Below are positions 9,972-19,051 of a DNA stretch of 64,000 nt, piece after piece. This DNA comes from an uncultured Fibrobacter sp. GTDB taxonomy: Bacteria; Fibrobacterota; Fibrobacteria; Fibrobacterales; Fibrobacteraceae. Each line of letters opens with the position of its first letter. Position 1 is the first letter of the stretch. Location of the stretch: positions 13,289-77,288 of the forward strand of contig CAMJHM010000001.1 of the NCBI GenBank assembly GCA_946405515.1. Reading direction: 5' to 3'. The notes below the pieces were generated by a model, which was not told where the DNA came from, did not search any database, and worked only from the letters and a program-made list of their open reading frames with translations. The translations under genes and the position numbers were made by a program.

Positions 9972-12365
9972 TCAAGAAAGCCCGATCTTGTTCACCGTAG
10001 AAATCGTCACCGTATTCTGGTTGTCCTTCTGGAGCGCGGACAAAATGGTGTAGTTGTACTTGCGGGGCTCGAAGTCGAAGCGGCCGTCCTTTTGGACGGG
10101 ATGCTTCTCCAGCTGCAAGGTATCCCAGCCGCTGCCACCGGAGCGCTTGTACACCGTACAAGCATCACCCGCCGAGGGATCCTTCGTCACGTCGCATTCC
10201 CATGCGATTTCTTCTTGGTAGTTGAAGTTCAGGCGGATTTGGCGCAAGCGGTGCGGCATCAGGTCGTCCACCACGAAGGAATACTTCTTGATAAACTGGT
10301 CCACAGTGATGTCGGGAACAGGATATCGTTCCACGTGGCGGATGGGGACGCCCTTCGGATTATCGCCACCACCTGGCTTGAGTCCATCCACGCGCTCCCA
10401 GCGGTCCACCTTGATTCCCATCCTGGACCAGTCGGATTCCGACCTGAACTTCATCGGCGACTTGCGGAAACCCGCATAGTTCATCTTGCCGTTCACGGTC
10501 GCAACCACGTTGCCTAGGGAGTCGTAAAGGCCCACCTCGCAGAGCTGCGCCTTGCCCGCGCTGTCAGCCTCATAGTAGCAGCCCGGCTCAACAGCCCGCA
10601 ACACCGAATCCGATACGGAAAGGGCTAGGTTCACGAAGGGTTTCTCGTAGAGGAAGTCTTCCATGAGTCGGACTTTGTCGGTCTCGTTGCCGCCCAGGAC
10701 CTTCGGATAGGAGAACTCCGCAGAATACAGCGTGTCGAGCATGCGGCGCGCCTTGGCGTTCTCGTGGGAATCGTAAAGATCGTCCATAGCCTCGAGCAAG
10801 GTCGGCAATAGTGCCGCGGCAAGGACCGATGCATTTGCAATAGAGGATGATACCATCAAAGCGTTGTTCACAACTGGAATTGGAAGGAACGCCTGAGCAA
10901 GCAAACTCGCATGCGCGGCAGCGAACGCTGCGCCAATTGCCTCGTAAGTCATTTTGTCCGTCAGCGGGTTGTATCCCCTAGCGTTCGCGGCACCCTCATA
11001 GCGGGCCTTTTTTACATCCGCATCCGCGGCATTGAACGCTTCGGTGTTATCACCATAGCTTGACCACTCGGGCACGAGGGCCGTGCCCCTGTCCATGACG
11101 GCGACGCCGCCGGCAAGCCCAAACACGAATCCGGCCACGGCGTTCACGTAGTCCGTAGACACATCATCGGATTCACCGAGGAATGTCCATGCATTGAGGA
11201 TTGGCAGCAGATACTGGTCCGGAATGAGTCCCTTCACCGGGCCGCTGACAGTGTATTTTTCGGGGTCCGTGAACACCATGCTGTGCTCGCCGCCCAGGAT
11301 ACGCATCATGGGCATATCCGGTGTAACCTTTTTGACCAAGTCATTCACGCCACCGGATTTATTAGGGTCGATATAATCCACCAAGGGGTCGGAAGAATGA
11401 TAATCGTAGTCCTCGCCCAATACATGCAATATAACGCTATCAACAGCCACCTGCACAGCATCGATAAGATACGCGTTCACGAGACCCACAAAGCCTACTT
11501 GAGCAAATGTCGGATCAAGCAGCAACTCAAGACAAAATGCCCAAAGCGCATCGGATGCAACATCCGCCACCTTCTTTCCCGACTTAACTCGCTCTTTCAA
11601 AGCAAGCAACATATTAAGCGATTCCGTGCCCTCGTGCGGGCTGTCGAGCGTGATGAGTTTGTCCACATCCTTGTTATAAAAACCGGATTGCACATATTCG
11701 CGAGACGACACACCTCCCATGGAATGGGAAATGATGATATTGCGGGAGGGGATTACACGATACTGGTCATTACTAGAATTACGCAACGTTCTTAAATTTG
11801 TCTGTCCACCAGCCCGCACCTCCTGAGCCTCCTCAATAAGCGAACGTCGAACGGAACACTTGTTGTCACCTTTCCATGTCCTGTCACCTATTTCATGGGC
11901 ATTGTGGGCAGGGGTCTCTGCCGGGTTCGCAAAAGAACGTTGAAGATATATGTAAGGAGAAGCGAACAGGTTCGTAGAATCCATGAAGACTTTTCCATTG
12001 CGGTATTGAAAATCCTCAAAAACGGCTGAATCCAGCCAATAGGTGAGTTTCTTCGAAGCCTTTACATTGTACTCCGAATCGTCACTGGAATCAGGGTCAA
12101 ACGTATCACCATACGCACCAAGCATTCCGACAGCACTTCCCAAGCGAGAACGGATTGTTTTGTCTAATTTGGTGATGTTGTTATAAGCTATCGCGTAAGC
12201 ATTATGTATTGTGCCACTGCATTCGCTTCCAAACCCCTGGCTTTCTGGAGCTGCGCCATGGACCAAAACCACATTGTAGCGATTCAATGTCTCCATCGGT
12301 TTCGCAGCAGACAATACCCCACAACAGCAGGCCACAACAATGGCCAGCACGGCAATATCACGCAT
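9972..12365 (-). CDS. Truncated N-terminal hydrolase cassette (797 aa), paralog of the long gene
   Basis: Signal peptide, SHSMGG. Colinear with the long gene until ...TVNKIGLS, where it stops while the long gene continues NTQRLYYLF. Confidence 0.85.
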   Translation of the reverse strand: MRDIAVLAIVVACCCGVLSAAKPMETLNRYNVVLVHGAAPESQGFGSECSGTIHNAYAIAYNNITKLDKTIRSRLGSAVGMLGAYGDTFDPDSSDDSEYNVKASKKLTYWLDSAVFEDFQYRNGKVFMDSTNLFASPYIYLQRSFANPAETPAHNAHEIGDRTWKGDNKCSVRRSLIEEAQEVRAGGQTNLRTLRNSSNDQYRVIPSRNIIISHSMGGVSSREYVQSGFYNKDVDKLITLDSPHEGTESLNMLLALKERVKSGKKVADVASDALWAFCLELLLDPTFAQVGFVGLVNAYLIDAVQVAVDSVILHVLGEDYDYHSSDPLVDYIDPNKSGGVNDLVKKVTPDMPMMRILGGEHSMVFTDPEKYTVSGPVKGLIPDQYLLPILNAWTFLGESDDVSTDYVNAVAGFVFGLAGGVAVMDRGTALVPEWSSYGDNTEAFNAADADVKKARYEGAANARGYNPLTDKMTYEAIGAAFAAAHASLLAQAFLPIPVVNNALMVSSSIANASVLAAALLPTLLEAMDDLYDSHENAKARRMLDTLYSAEFSYPKVLGGNETDKVRLMEDFLYEKPFVNLALSVSDSVLRAVEPGCYYEADSAGKAQLCEVGLYDSLGNVVATVNGKMNYAGFRKSPMKFRSESDWSRMGIKVDRWERVDGLKPGGGDNPKGVPIRHVERYPVPDITVDQFIKKYSFVVDDLMPHRLRQIRLNFNYQEEIAWECDVTKDPSAGDACTVYKRSGGSGWDTLQLEKHPVQKDGRFDFEPRKYNYTILSALQKDNQNTVTISTVNKIGLS

Positions 12366-12382
12366 AAGTGTTCCTTTTTTTG

Positions 12383-13324
12383 CTACCTTGTTACAACCAA
12401 ATCCTCAGATGAATAGCCAACAGAAACCCCAGCCGAATCAAAAAAAGCGTTTCCACTCATCCAGGTTTCTGGATATTCATCAAAAAGAAATCCTTGGCTA
12501 TTTATTAACGTTAATCGATCAAAATCATGAGCACGGTCCTCTTTATTCAACGAATAAACTTGTATTCTAATAGCATTTCCATAAAATTTAGGCGGATATC
12601 CCATCATCCACTTCGACTCCATCAACGAATCAACTGAAAAACCATTTTTTTCAAAATCAATTTCACAATATCCACTTCCTCGTTGACGAATACATACAAC
12701 ATCCCCATCAATGTACGTAATGTCGTCGCAACCTTCCAGCCACGCATAATCGCCCGTAAATTCCAATTTCCTCACATTGCCTGTCGCCGTATCTAGTACA
12801 GCATAAGGGCAACCATCTTGCTGCACCATTTTCAGCAATACATTTCCCTCAGTCCAAAGACGGCCATATTTTTCACGATTACATTCGCACGGAGCTTCGC
12901 AATTCCATTTCCGAACAACCCTAGGCTTTTCGCCAATTCGCCAAAAACCAAATTCATCATCGGCATTGGAAAACATAGCCGACGAGTCATGATAATAACC
13001 ATAAACAATACTTATACGACCCTCAACAGTGTCACCCCATAAAGGGCTCTGCTTTTTTCTATAGTTCACCAGGAATAAGCCCGGATTCATCGTTCCCTTA
13101 TCGCAGTATTCCCAAGAATTACAATCATCATCCCAAAGTTCCCATCCTCGCAAATTCTCCATAACCGCCAAAGAATCATCTATAATGGCAACGAGATATC
13201 CATTCGTGCGATTTTTATCCACGACAAACCGTTCCTCATCGTCCAAGAGCCCACACCCCCACATGCAAATACACGCAACTACCAGCGCTATAGCAATCCA
13301 AGGTCTTTTTTTCAGGAACGGCAT
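12383..13324 (-). CDS. Cys-rich predicted lipoprotein (candidate immunity protein), copy A
   Basis: 313 aa. The first ~95 residues are almost identical to copy C; the C-terminal third is more like copy B (RQRG..CEIDFEK, YPETW). Confidence 0.8.
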   Translation of the reverse strand: MPFLKKRPWIAIALVVACICMWGCGLLDDEERFVVDKNRTNGYLVAIIDDSLAVMENLRGWELWDDDCNSWEYCDKGTMNPGLFLVNYRKKQSPLWGDTVEGRISIVYGYYHDSSAMFSNADDEFGFWRIGEKPRVVRKWNCEAPCECNREKYGRLWTEGNVLLKMVQQDGCPYAVLDTATGNVRKLEFTGDYAWLEGCDDITYIDGDVVCIRQRGSGYCEIDFEKNGFSVDSLMESKWMMGYPPKFYGNAIRIQVYSLNKEDRAHDFDRLTLINSQGFLFDEYPETWMSGNAFFDSAGVSVGYSSEDLVVTR

Positions 13325-13373
13325 AAGAATCCCTTTTCAATAGTCCGCAAACCGATGTGATTTTTACCACAAA

Positions 13374-13402
13374 AAGATATCCAAACTTTTATACAAAGTC
13401 AA
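13374..13402 (-). promoter_or_regulatory. sigma70-type promoter TTGACT-N17-TATCTT (copy 3, diverged)
   Basis: Same block as 4575 and 6929, with substitutions. Confidence 0.6.
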
Positions 13403-13447
13403 GCTAAATTGAAAGGAGGCACGTGCCCCGAGCCTCGAACCCCGAGC

Positions 13448-15166
13448 CTAATACTGGTTCAGGTACTTGACGTAGTCGCAGAGCTTGATGCCCGGCGGGA
13501 GGGCGCTCTTGTCGAAGCGGACCATGCGGACTTCGGCAGGTTTGCCGATGAAGCGGGCCAGAATTTCGAAGTTGTCCTGAGTTTCCCACACGGCGGCATC
13601 CATGACAACTCCATCGCCGCAGTCTGTTTCGCCCGTGCTGTTGCCAATGCCCGAAATGCGGGAGTTCTGCTTGAGCAGGCGCGTATAAACTTCGGGAGCG
13701 ACACCCAGGTGGTTCGATGCCGACGAGGAATCGTACACTACCACATGCACCTCGCGGAACTGCTTCTTGGAATCGAATACGACCGTATAGCGATGCATGT
13801 ACGGCGCGACATAGAAGGATTCCTGCCATACGTTATCCGCAACAGGGCGGAAATTGGAGATGGAATACCTCTTGAAGAACTCGCGCGGGGTGGCGCCATA
13901 GCGAACAAGGTAATGCCCAAGCATCGTGGAGAAGTCGTGCGTTGTCGCGGGTTCCATCGACTGGCGGAGGCTATCGACGGCGCGGTTCAAATCACTGGCG
14001 AGCCCGGCATTGTTCGTCTCGACCACCACCGGTTTCTTGACCTTGGTTTCTTGGATGCGCTGGGCGATATCGGGGTATTCCGGATCGCGAGCCATGATTT
14101 CCTGGAACTGGTTGCGGGCCAAATCAAAATCGCGGCCGTTGAGGTAGGCAAGGCCAAGGGCCTCGCGCAGCGGGAGGTTTTCGGGATAACGTTCCACCAG
14201 CGGTTCAAGGATTTCGCAGGCGACCTTCGCCCTGTCACGCGGAGTCAGCTGGGTGCCCATGCCGCCCACAGGCGACTGCTTTTCGCCGATGGTCGCCACG
14301 GCCATGCGGGCCGGGTTGAAATCCGGACGGATGGCCAAAATGCGCTGGTAAATCTTCTCGGCAGAATCGAAGTGCCCCTTGTATTCTTCCAAATAACCTT
14401 TCAGCAAAAGCAGGCGGACGTTCACCGGATACTGCGAGAGCGCATAGTCCACAAGCAAAGCGCAACTGTCCAAAATGCCCTGGGAATGGTACATGCCCGC
14501 AAGCAGTTCAAAAGCTTCCGAGGATTTACCGAACGAAAGGCTCACGGCGGCGTGGGCCTCGGCGAACGCCTCGTTTACACGGGAATGTTCGGCAAGCAAC
14601 TTGGCATACCAGAGGCGAGCCTCGTACAAGGCCGGGGCCTTGTCACAGGCGATACGGGCCAGTTCCAGCGACGCATTGGTATTGCCGACGGCGTAGGCCT
14701 TGCGGCTATCCATATAGGCAGCCACGCCCGAGCCGGGGAAACGCCCCTGGATTTTTGCGACCAGCATGTTCATGCGGCTCTGCTGGGCTTCCGTGAGGGT
14801 GTCCATTTCAAATAAAGTATTGGCCTCGCCCCACACCGCCGGTATGCAGTCGGGGTACAGCATCACGATTGCCTCGTAGATGTCGTAGGCGGCTTTCAGC
14901 GAACCAGAACGGGAAAGCTCCGTTGCACGGCGCAGTTCAGCCTGCGTCTGGACGGGGAGCGAAGACACGCCCTTCTGGAAATCCGGGGTGTCGCCCAGCA
15001 TCAAAGACGTGCCAGCCGGGAGCCCGAAGGGGACCCCTTCGACTGTGACCTTGGACGGGCCGTAGATGTCGAAAAAGTAATAGCCAACGAACGCGATTGC
15101 CGCGCCGACACACATAACCAGGAATAAGTAGGCAGCCCTTCGGGCAAATGCCGACGGAGTAGACAT
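13448..15166 (-). CDS. Membrane-anchored tetratricopeptide-repeat protein
   Basis: N-terminal TM helix and TPR-like helices (AEKIYQRILAIRPDF, LREALGLAYL). Start overlaps the sigma factor stop (TAATG). Confidence 0.75.
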   Translation of the reverse strand: MSTPSAFARRAAYLFLVMCVGAAIAFVGYYFFDIYGPSKVTVEGVPFGLPAGTSLMLGDTPDFQKGVSSLPVQTQAELRRATELSRSGSLKAAYDIYEAIVMLYPDCIPAVWGEANTLFEMDTLTEAQQSRMNMLVAKIQGRFPGSGVAAYMDSRKAYAVGNTNASLELARIACDKAPALYEARLWYAKLLAEHSRVNEAFAEAHAAVSLSFGKSSEAFELLAGMYHSQGILDSCALLVDYALSQYPVNVRLLLLKGYLEEYKGHFDSAEKIYQRILAIRPDFNPARMAVATIGEKQSPVGGMGTQLTPRDRAKVACEILEPLVERYPENLPLREALGLAYLNGRDFDLARNQFQEIMARDPEYPDIAQRIQETKVKKPVVVETNNAGLASDLNRAVDSLRQSMEPATTHDFSTMLGHYLVRYGATPREFFKRYSISNFRPVADNVWQESFYVAPYMHRYTVVFDSKKQFREVHVVVYDSSSASNHLGVAPEVYTRLLKQNSRISGIGNSTGETDCGDGVVMDAAVWETQDNFEILARFIGKPAEVRMVRFDKSALPPGIKLCDYVKYLNQY

Positions 15167-16020
15167 TACAGCTCCAGGAAGTCCACGAGTTTTTCTTTAT
15201 GCTCTTTGCTCTTCTGCAATTTACGGAGGGTCTTGTTCTTAATCTGGCGCACCCGCTCGCGGCTGAGTTTCAGGTCTTCGCCAATATCCTTGAGAGTCGT
15301 ATCCTCAATGGTATCCAGGCCGTAGAACATGCGCAGAATTTCTTCTTCGCGCTGCGGCAAGGACGACAGCGTCTCCTGGATGAGCTTGCGGCGCTCGTCG
15401 CGCTCGAGGTCCTCGTCCTGGTTGCCGTCAGAACCGAGCACATCCATGAGGGTGCTCACCGAATCCGCACTGCTGGAGCCACCACCGGCATCGTCGCCGA
15501 TCGGGGCGTCCAAAGAAATGTCGACGATTTTTTCCATGACCTCGACGATATCCCTCTCGTACGGGGCAAATTCTTCCATCGCGATGGTCTTCTCGTAGTC
15601 ACCGCCGTTCTGCATCAACGCACGCTTGAAGCGGTTCACGAGGGCAAGCTTGTTCGGCGGAATGCGGACCGCGCCCACCTGTTCGAACAGCGCCTTCTGG
15701 ATGGACTGGCGGATCCACCACACGGCATAGCTGATGAACTTGACATCCTTGTCCATGTCAAAGCGCTTGGCAGCCTTGAACAGGCCGAGATTGCCTTCGT
15801 TAATCAAATCCAAAAGGGAAAGACCGCGGCCCTGGTACTTGCGCGCAACGCTGACCACAAACCGCAAATTGCCTCGGATAAGGCGTTGCAGTGCGGACTT
15901 GCGAATCTCTTCCGTCTCTCCAGTCTTGATGATCTTCAACAACGCCGATTCCTCCTGCGGAGTCAGCGTAGGATACCTATTCAAGTCCCGGAAGTATAGC
16001 GCTTCGTTAAAATCACTCAT
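15166..16020 (-). CDS. RNA polymerase sigma-70 family factor (RpoD/RpoS-like, lacking region 1.1)
   Basis: NLRFVVSVARKY, DLINEGNLGL, KFISYAVWWIRQ, SRERVRQI. Start is ATG 16020 or TTG 16065. Confidence 0.92.
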   Translation of the reverse strand: MSDFNEALYFRDLNRYPTLTPQEESALLKIIKTGETEEIRKSALQRLIRGNLRFVVSVARKYQGRGLSLLDLINEGNLGLFKAAKRFDMDKDVKFISYAVWWIRQSIQKALFEQVGAVRIPPNKLALVNRFKRALMQNGGDYEKTIAMEEFAPYERDIVEVMEKIVDISLDAPIGDDAGGGSSSADSVSTLMDVLGSDGNQDEDLERDERRKLIQETLSSLPQREEEILRMFYGLDTIEDTTLKDIGEDLKLSRERVRQIKNKTLRKLQKSKEHKEKLVDFLEL

Positions 16021-16079
16021 GGAATACACACCTATCAATCCCTCGGGCAAAAAACCGTCGGTCAAACAAATATGGTTTT

Positions 16080-16376
16080 TTACTCCCGTTTCGTCAAATT
16101 GAACAGTTTATCGTAAGGGTAAATTCCCGAATTGTGACCATCGCTAAAGGATAGTCCCGCAGCATACCGACCGATGGATTGAATCCTTGTAAGTTTTATG
16201 TCCGCAGGAACTGTGGAATCGTCCAAAAGTTTTTCTCCCGTATGCTCATCGACGCACAACGCGCAGGGGCATGCGAGGCGAAGTTCGCGAATGCCGCATG
16301 CACCGCGAGTCCCGTCGCTCCATTCAAAACCGAGTTTCCCGTCCTTCGTCCTGAAAATCTTCTTGGGCTGAATCAT
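16080..16376 (-). CDS. DUF971 / GBBH-like N-terminal domain protein
   Basis: LRLACPCALC, GRYA, FSDGHNSGIY motifs; commonly found next to Mrp. Confidence 0.85.
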   Translation of the reverse strand: MIQPKKIFRTKDGKLGFEWSDGTRGACGIRELRLACPCALCVDEHTGEKLLDDSTVPADIKLTRIQSIGRYAAGLSFSDGHNSGIYPYDKLFNLTKRE

Positions 16377-17497
16377 GCGTCCTCCACCGGAAGTTGTTCA
16401 AACTCGTAGTTGAAGCTCTTGAGCACACCATCACCTTCGGATGCGAACATCGAAAGTGTGCGCACCGTAGCATCGGCCGCCTGCATGAACGCCTTCGCCG
16501 ATTCGGAGTTCGGGTAGCGGAGCACCGCAGGGGTTCCTTCGTCGCCACAGCCCGCCACCGCAGGTTCCAGCGGCACCTTTGCAATCAATGGCACACCCCA
16601 GCTCTTCGCGATGCGTTCGCCACCGCCTTCGCGGAAGATATTGTGGTGCTTGCCGCACTGGTCGCAAATGAAGTAACTCATGTTCTCGACCACGCCCACC
16701 ACGGGTACGCCCACCGAATCGAACATCGCAAGCCCCTTGCGGCAGTCGGCGAGAGCCACCTCCTGCGGAGTCGTCACCACGACGGCACCGGCCATCGGGC
16801 AGTTCTGCGTGAGCGTAAGCTGGATGTCGCCCGTTCCTGGAGGGAAGTCCACCAGCAGGTAGTCAAGCTTGCCCCACCGCACATGGTGGATAAAGTGCTG
16901 AATCATCTGCGAAACCATCGGTCCGCGCCAGATGGTCGCCTTGTCGGAGTCGGCGAACATGCACATGCTGACGATGCTGATACCGCCCTTCGCCTCGACA
17001 GGCGCAATCGTATTGTCGTCAAAAACTTCGGGAGCGCGGTCGATGCCGAACATGAGCCCCATGCTCGGGCCATAGATGTCGGCATCCAAGATTCCCACTC
17101 GGGCACCCGAGAGACTGAGCGCCATCGCGAGGTTCGCCGTCACGGTGGACTTGCCCACGCCGCCCTTGCCGCTCGCGACCGCGACCACATGCGACACCTC
17201 ACCGATGTAGGAAACCTTCGGAGCCTGCGTTGCGGCGTTGCCACCATCTACACGGCCCTGCGCCGTGAACGTCACGTTCACCTCGCTTGCGCCGAGGCTC
17301 TTGACGATAGCGATGCACTGGTCCTTGAACTGGTCCCGGATGGGGCATGCCGGGGTCGTGAGCCGCAGGTCGAAGCTCACCTTGTCACCCTCTATCTTCA
17401 GGTTCTGAACAAAGTTCAGTTCCACGATGTTCTTGTGCAGGTCCGGATCTTGGACCGCACGCAAGGCACTTAAGATATTTTGTTCGTTCAGTTGCAT
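16373..17497 (-). CDS. mrp: Mrp/NBP35 (ApbC) Fe-S cluster carrier ATPase
   Basis: N-terminal DUF59 (LTTPACP), SGKGGVGKST, DADIYGPS, WRGPM, DFPPGTGD, ENMS..CDQC. Confidence 0.93.
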   Translation of the reverse strand: MQLNEQNILSALRAVQDPDLHKNIVELNFVQNLKIEGDKVSFDLRLTTPACPIRDQFKDQCIAIVKSLGASEVNVTFTAQGRVDGGNAATQAPKVSYIGEVSHVVAVASGKGGVGKSTVTANLAMALSLSGARVGILDADIYGPSMGLMFGIDRAPEVFDDNTIAPVEAKGGISIVSMCMFADSDKATIWRGPMVSQMIQHFIHHVRWGKLDYLLVDFPPGTGDIQLTLTQNCPMAGAVVVTTPQEVALADCRKGLAMFDSVGVPVVGVVENMSYFICDQCGKHHNIFREGGGERIAKSWGVPLIAKVPLEPAVAGCGDEGTPAVLRYPNSESAKAFMQAADATVRTLSMFASEGDGVLKSFNYEFEQLPVEDA

Positions 17498-17499
17498 AA

Positions 17500-18921
17500 T
17501 CACCCCGAAAACTTAGGCATTCTCAAGAGATGCGTCATGCAAGGCGGCCATTCCTCTTCGTAGTGGCTCACCAGGATGATGGTCGTCTCTGTCGAAAGCA
17601 GTTGCAGCAGGTTAAAGAGTTTCTCGCGGTATTCGCCCTTGAGCCCCTGCGTGGGTTCGTCGAGCAGCAGCACCTCGGGCGGACGAATAGCGGCTCGAGC
17701 CATGAGCACAACACGCTTGTCGATAGGCGAAAGGTTGCGGAAGCGAGCATGCACATCCGAAAAGCCAAGGTACTCAAGCCACTCCTTCGCCTTCGCGCGT
17801 TCTTCCCAGGTGGTGTTCTCCGCCTTGCAGAGGTTAGCGGTAAAGCCCGTGCAAAGCACCTCGGAAAGGTCCAGGTCTTCGCGGTACTGGAGCGCAAGTT
17901 CAGGAGAGAAGAACCCGAGTTTCGCCTTGTGGTCCCAGATGTTGAGGCCGTGCCCCGGACGTTCTCCTAACAAAGTAATGTCATTCTTGTAGATTTGCGG
18001 ATGGTCGGCCGTGAGCATCCCGAGGAGCGTACTCTTGCCGGCACCATTCTCGCCCATCACCGCCCAGTGTTCGCCCTTGCGCACCGTCCAGTTGAGGTTC
18101 TTGAGCACCGTCGTGTCACCGAATTGGACGTTGACGTTTTTGAGGTCAAAGAGGACCATGCCGCTTTGACCAGCGGAGATTGCCGCATCCCTGCGGTCCT
18201 CGCAATGACAATCTTTCGCCTCTCGTTTCAAATCAACTATCTCGTAGTCCTTCAGTTCGGCCTTCGTGTACTTGGGTTTCGCGGCGGCACTCGGGAGTTC
18301 TCCTGCATACTGCGTAAAGGTCTTTTCCGCATAAACGAACGCAGGTATTTCGGGCAGCAGTTCGTCTTCGCGGGCAAGGCGTACGGCAAGGCGCACGCCG
18401 GGCCGTTTCGACAAGTCCACCACACTCGCGGCCAAGTGGCTGCGGAATTCCGGATCGAGCCCTCCGAACAAGTCGTTGAAGTAAATCCATTCCGGATTTT
18501 CCATCCACATGCGCGCAAGCAGCACACGGCGCAGTTCGCCGTTCGAAAGGCTCAGCAACTTGCGGTCCAGGATTTCCGGCAAAAGTTCCGTAATCGAAAG
18601 CGCCTCATCCAATTTCTCGGGATCGGTCTCCGGCCACGCCATATCGTCGATGTAGCGGTCCGTCTGCAAAAAGAACTTCTTTTTCAAAAGCAGGTGCCGC
18701 ACCAACGGAGCTTCCTCGTCGTGCAGGCTGATGAACCGCTGCTGGAAAAACGGGGCGAGCGCATGCTGGATTTTCCGCTGCATCGCTTCCGACATCGTGG
18801 AGACATTTTTCTGCTGGTTCAAAAAATGAGTAATGACCCTATCCAAGTCCTCGCCCTCGGTGCTGAAAATCTGCACCTGCGGGAACATCTCAATCAGGGC
18901 CTCAAAACGCTTAAATTCCAT
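17500..18921 (-). CDS. ModF-like ABC ATPase (tandem domains, first one degenerate)
   Basis: C-terminal GENGAGKS and LLLDEP. The N-terminal domain keeps only LSNGE. Likely start ATG 18921. Confidence 0.75.
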   Translation of the reverse strand: MEFKRFEALIEMFPQVQIFSTEGEDLDRVITHFLNQQKNVSTMSEAMQRKIQHALAPFFQQRFISLHDEEAPLVRHLLLKKKFFLQTDRYIDDMAWPETDPEKLDEALSITELLPEILDRKLLSLSNGELRRVLLARMWMENPEWIYFNDLFGGLDPEFRSHLAASVVDLSKRPGVRLAVRLAREDELLPEIPAFVYAEKTFTQYAGELPSAAAKPKYTKAELKDYEIVDLKREAKDCHCEDRRDAAISAGQSGMVLFDLKNVNVQFGDTTVLKNLNWTVRKGEHWAVMGENGAGKSTLLGMLTADHPQIYKNDITLLGERPGHGLNIWDHKAKLGFFSPELALQYREDLDLSEVLCTGFTANLCKAENTTWEERAKAKEWLEYLGFSDVHARFRNLSPIDKRVVLMARAAIRPPEVLLLDEPTQGLKGEYREKLFNLLQLLSTETTIILVSHYEEEWPPCMTHLLRMPKFSG

Positions 18922-18995
18922 AATATCAAATATAGAAAACGGGTCTATGCGGTGCCACCCTCGAATTTTCATCTCATCAAACAACCCATAAAGAA

Positions 18996-19026
18996 AAACA
19001 CCTTTCTGCGATGCAGAAAGGTGTTT
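18996..19026 (-). terminator. Rho-independent terminator of the esterase gene
   Basis: AAACACCTTTCTGC-GAT-GCAGAAAGGTGTTT perfect hairpin with T-runs. Confidence 0.8.
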
Positions 19027-19051
19027 GTTTTTGGAGGAGTAATGTTCTTAT

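Noticed and set aside
1-13415. Diversity-generating retroelement, shufflon or integron as an explanation of the repeats
   Set aside because: No reverse transcriptase, recombinase or integrase in the window. The repeats are direct, differences are not adenine-specific, and no attC-like sites were seen.
13409-14815. 468-aa plus-strand ORF, and similar long antisense ORFs over mrp, batD, sprA and the ape genes
   Set aside because: They fully overlap well-supported genes on the opposite strand.
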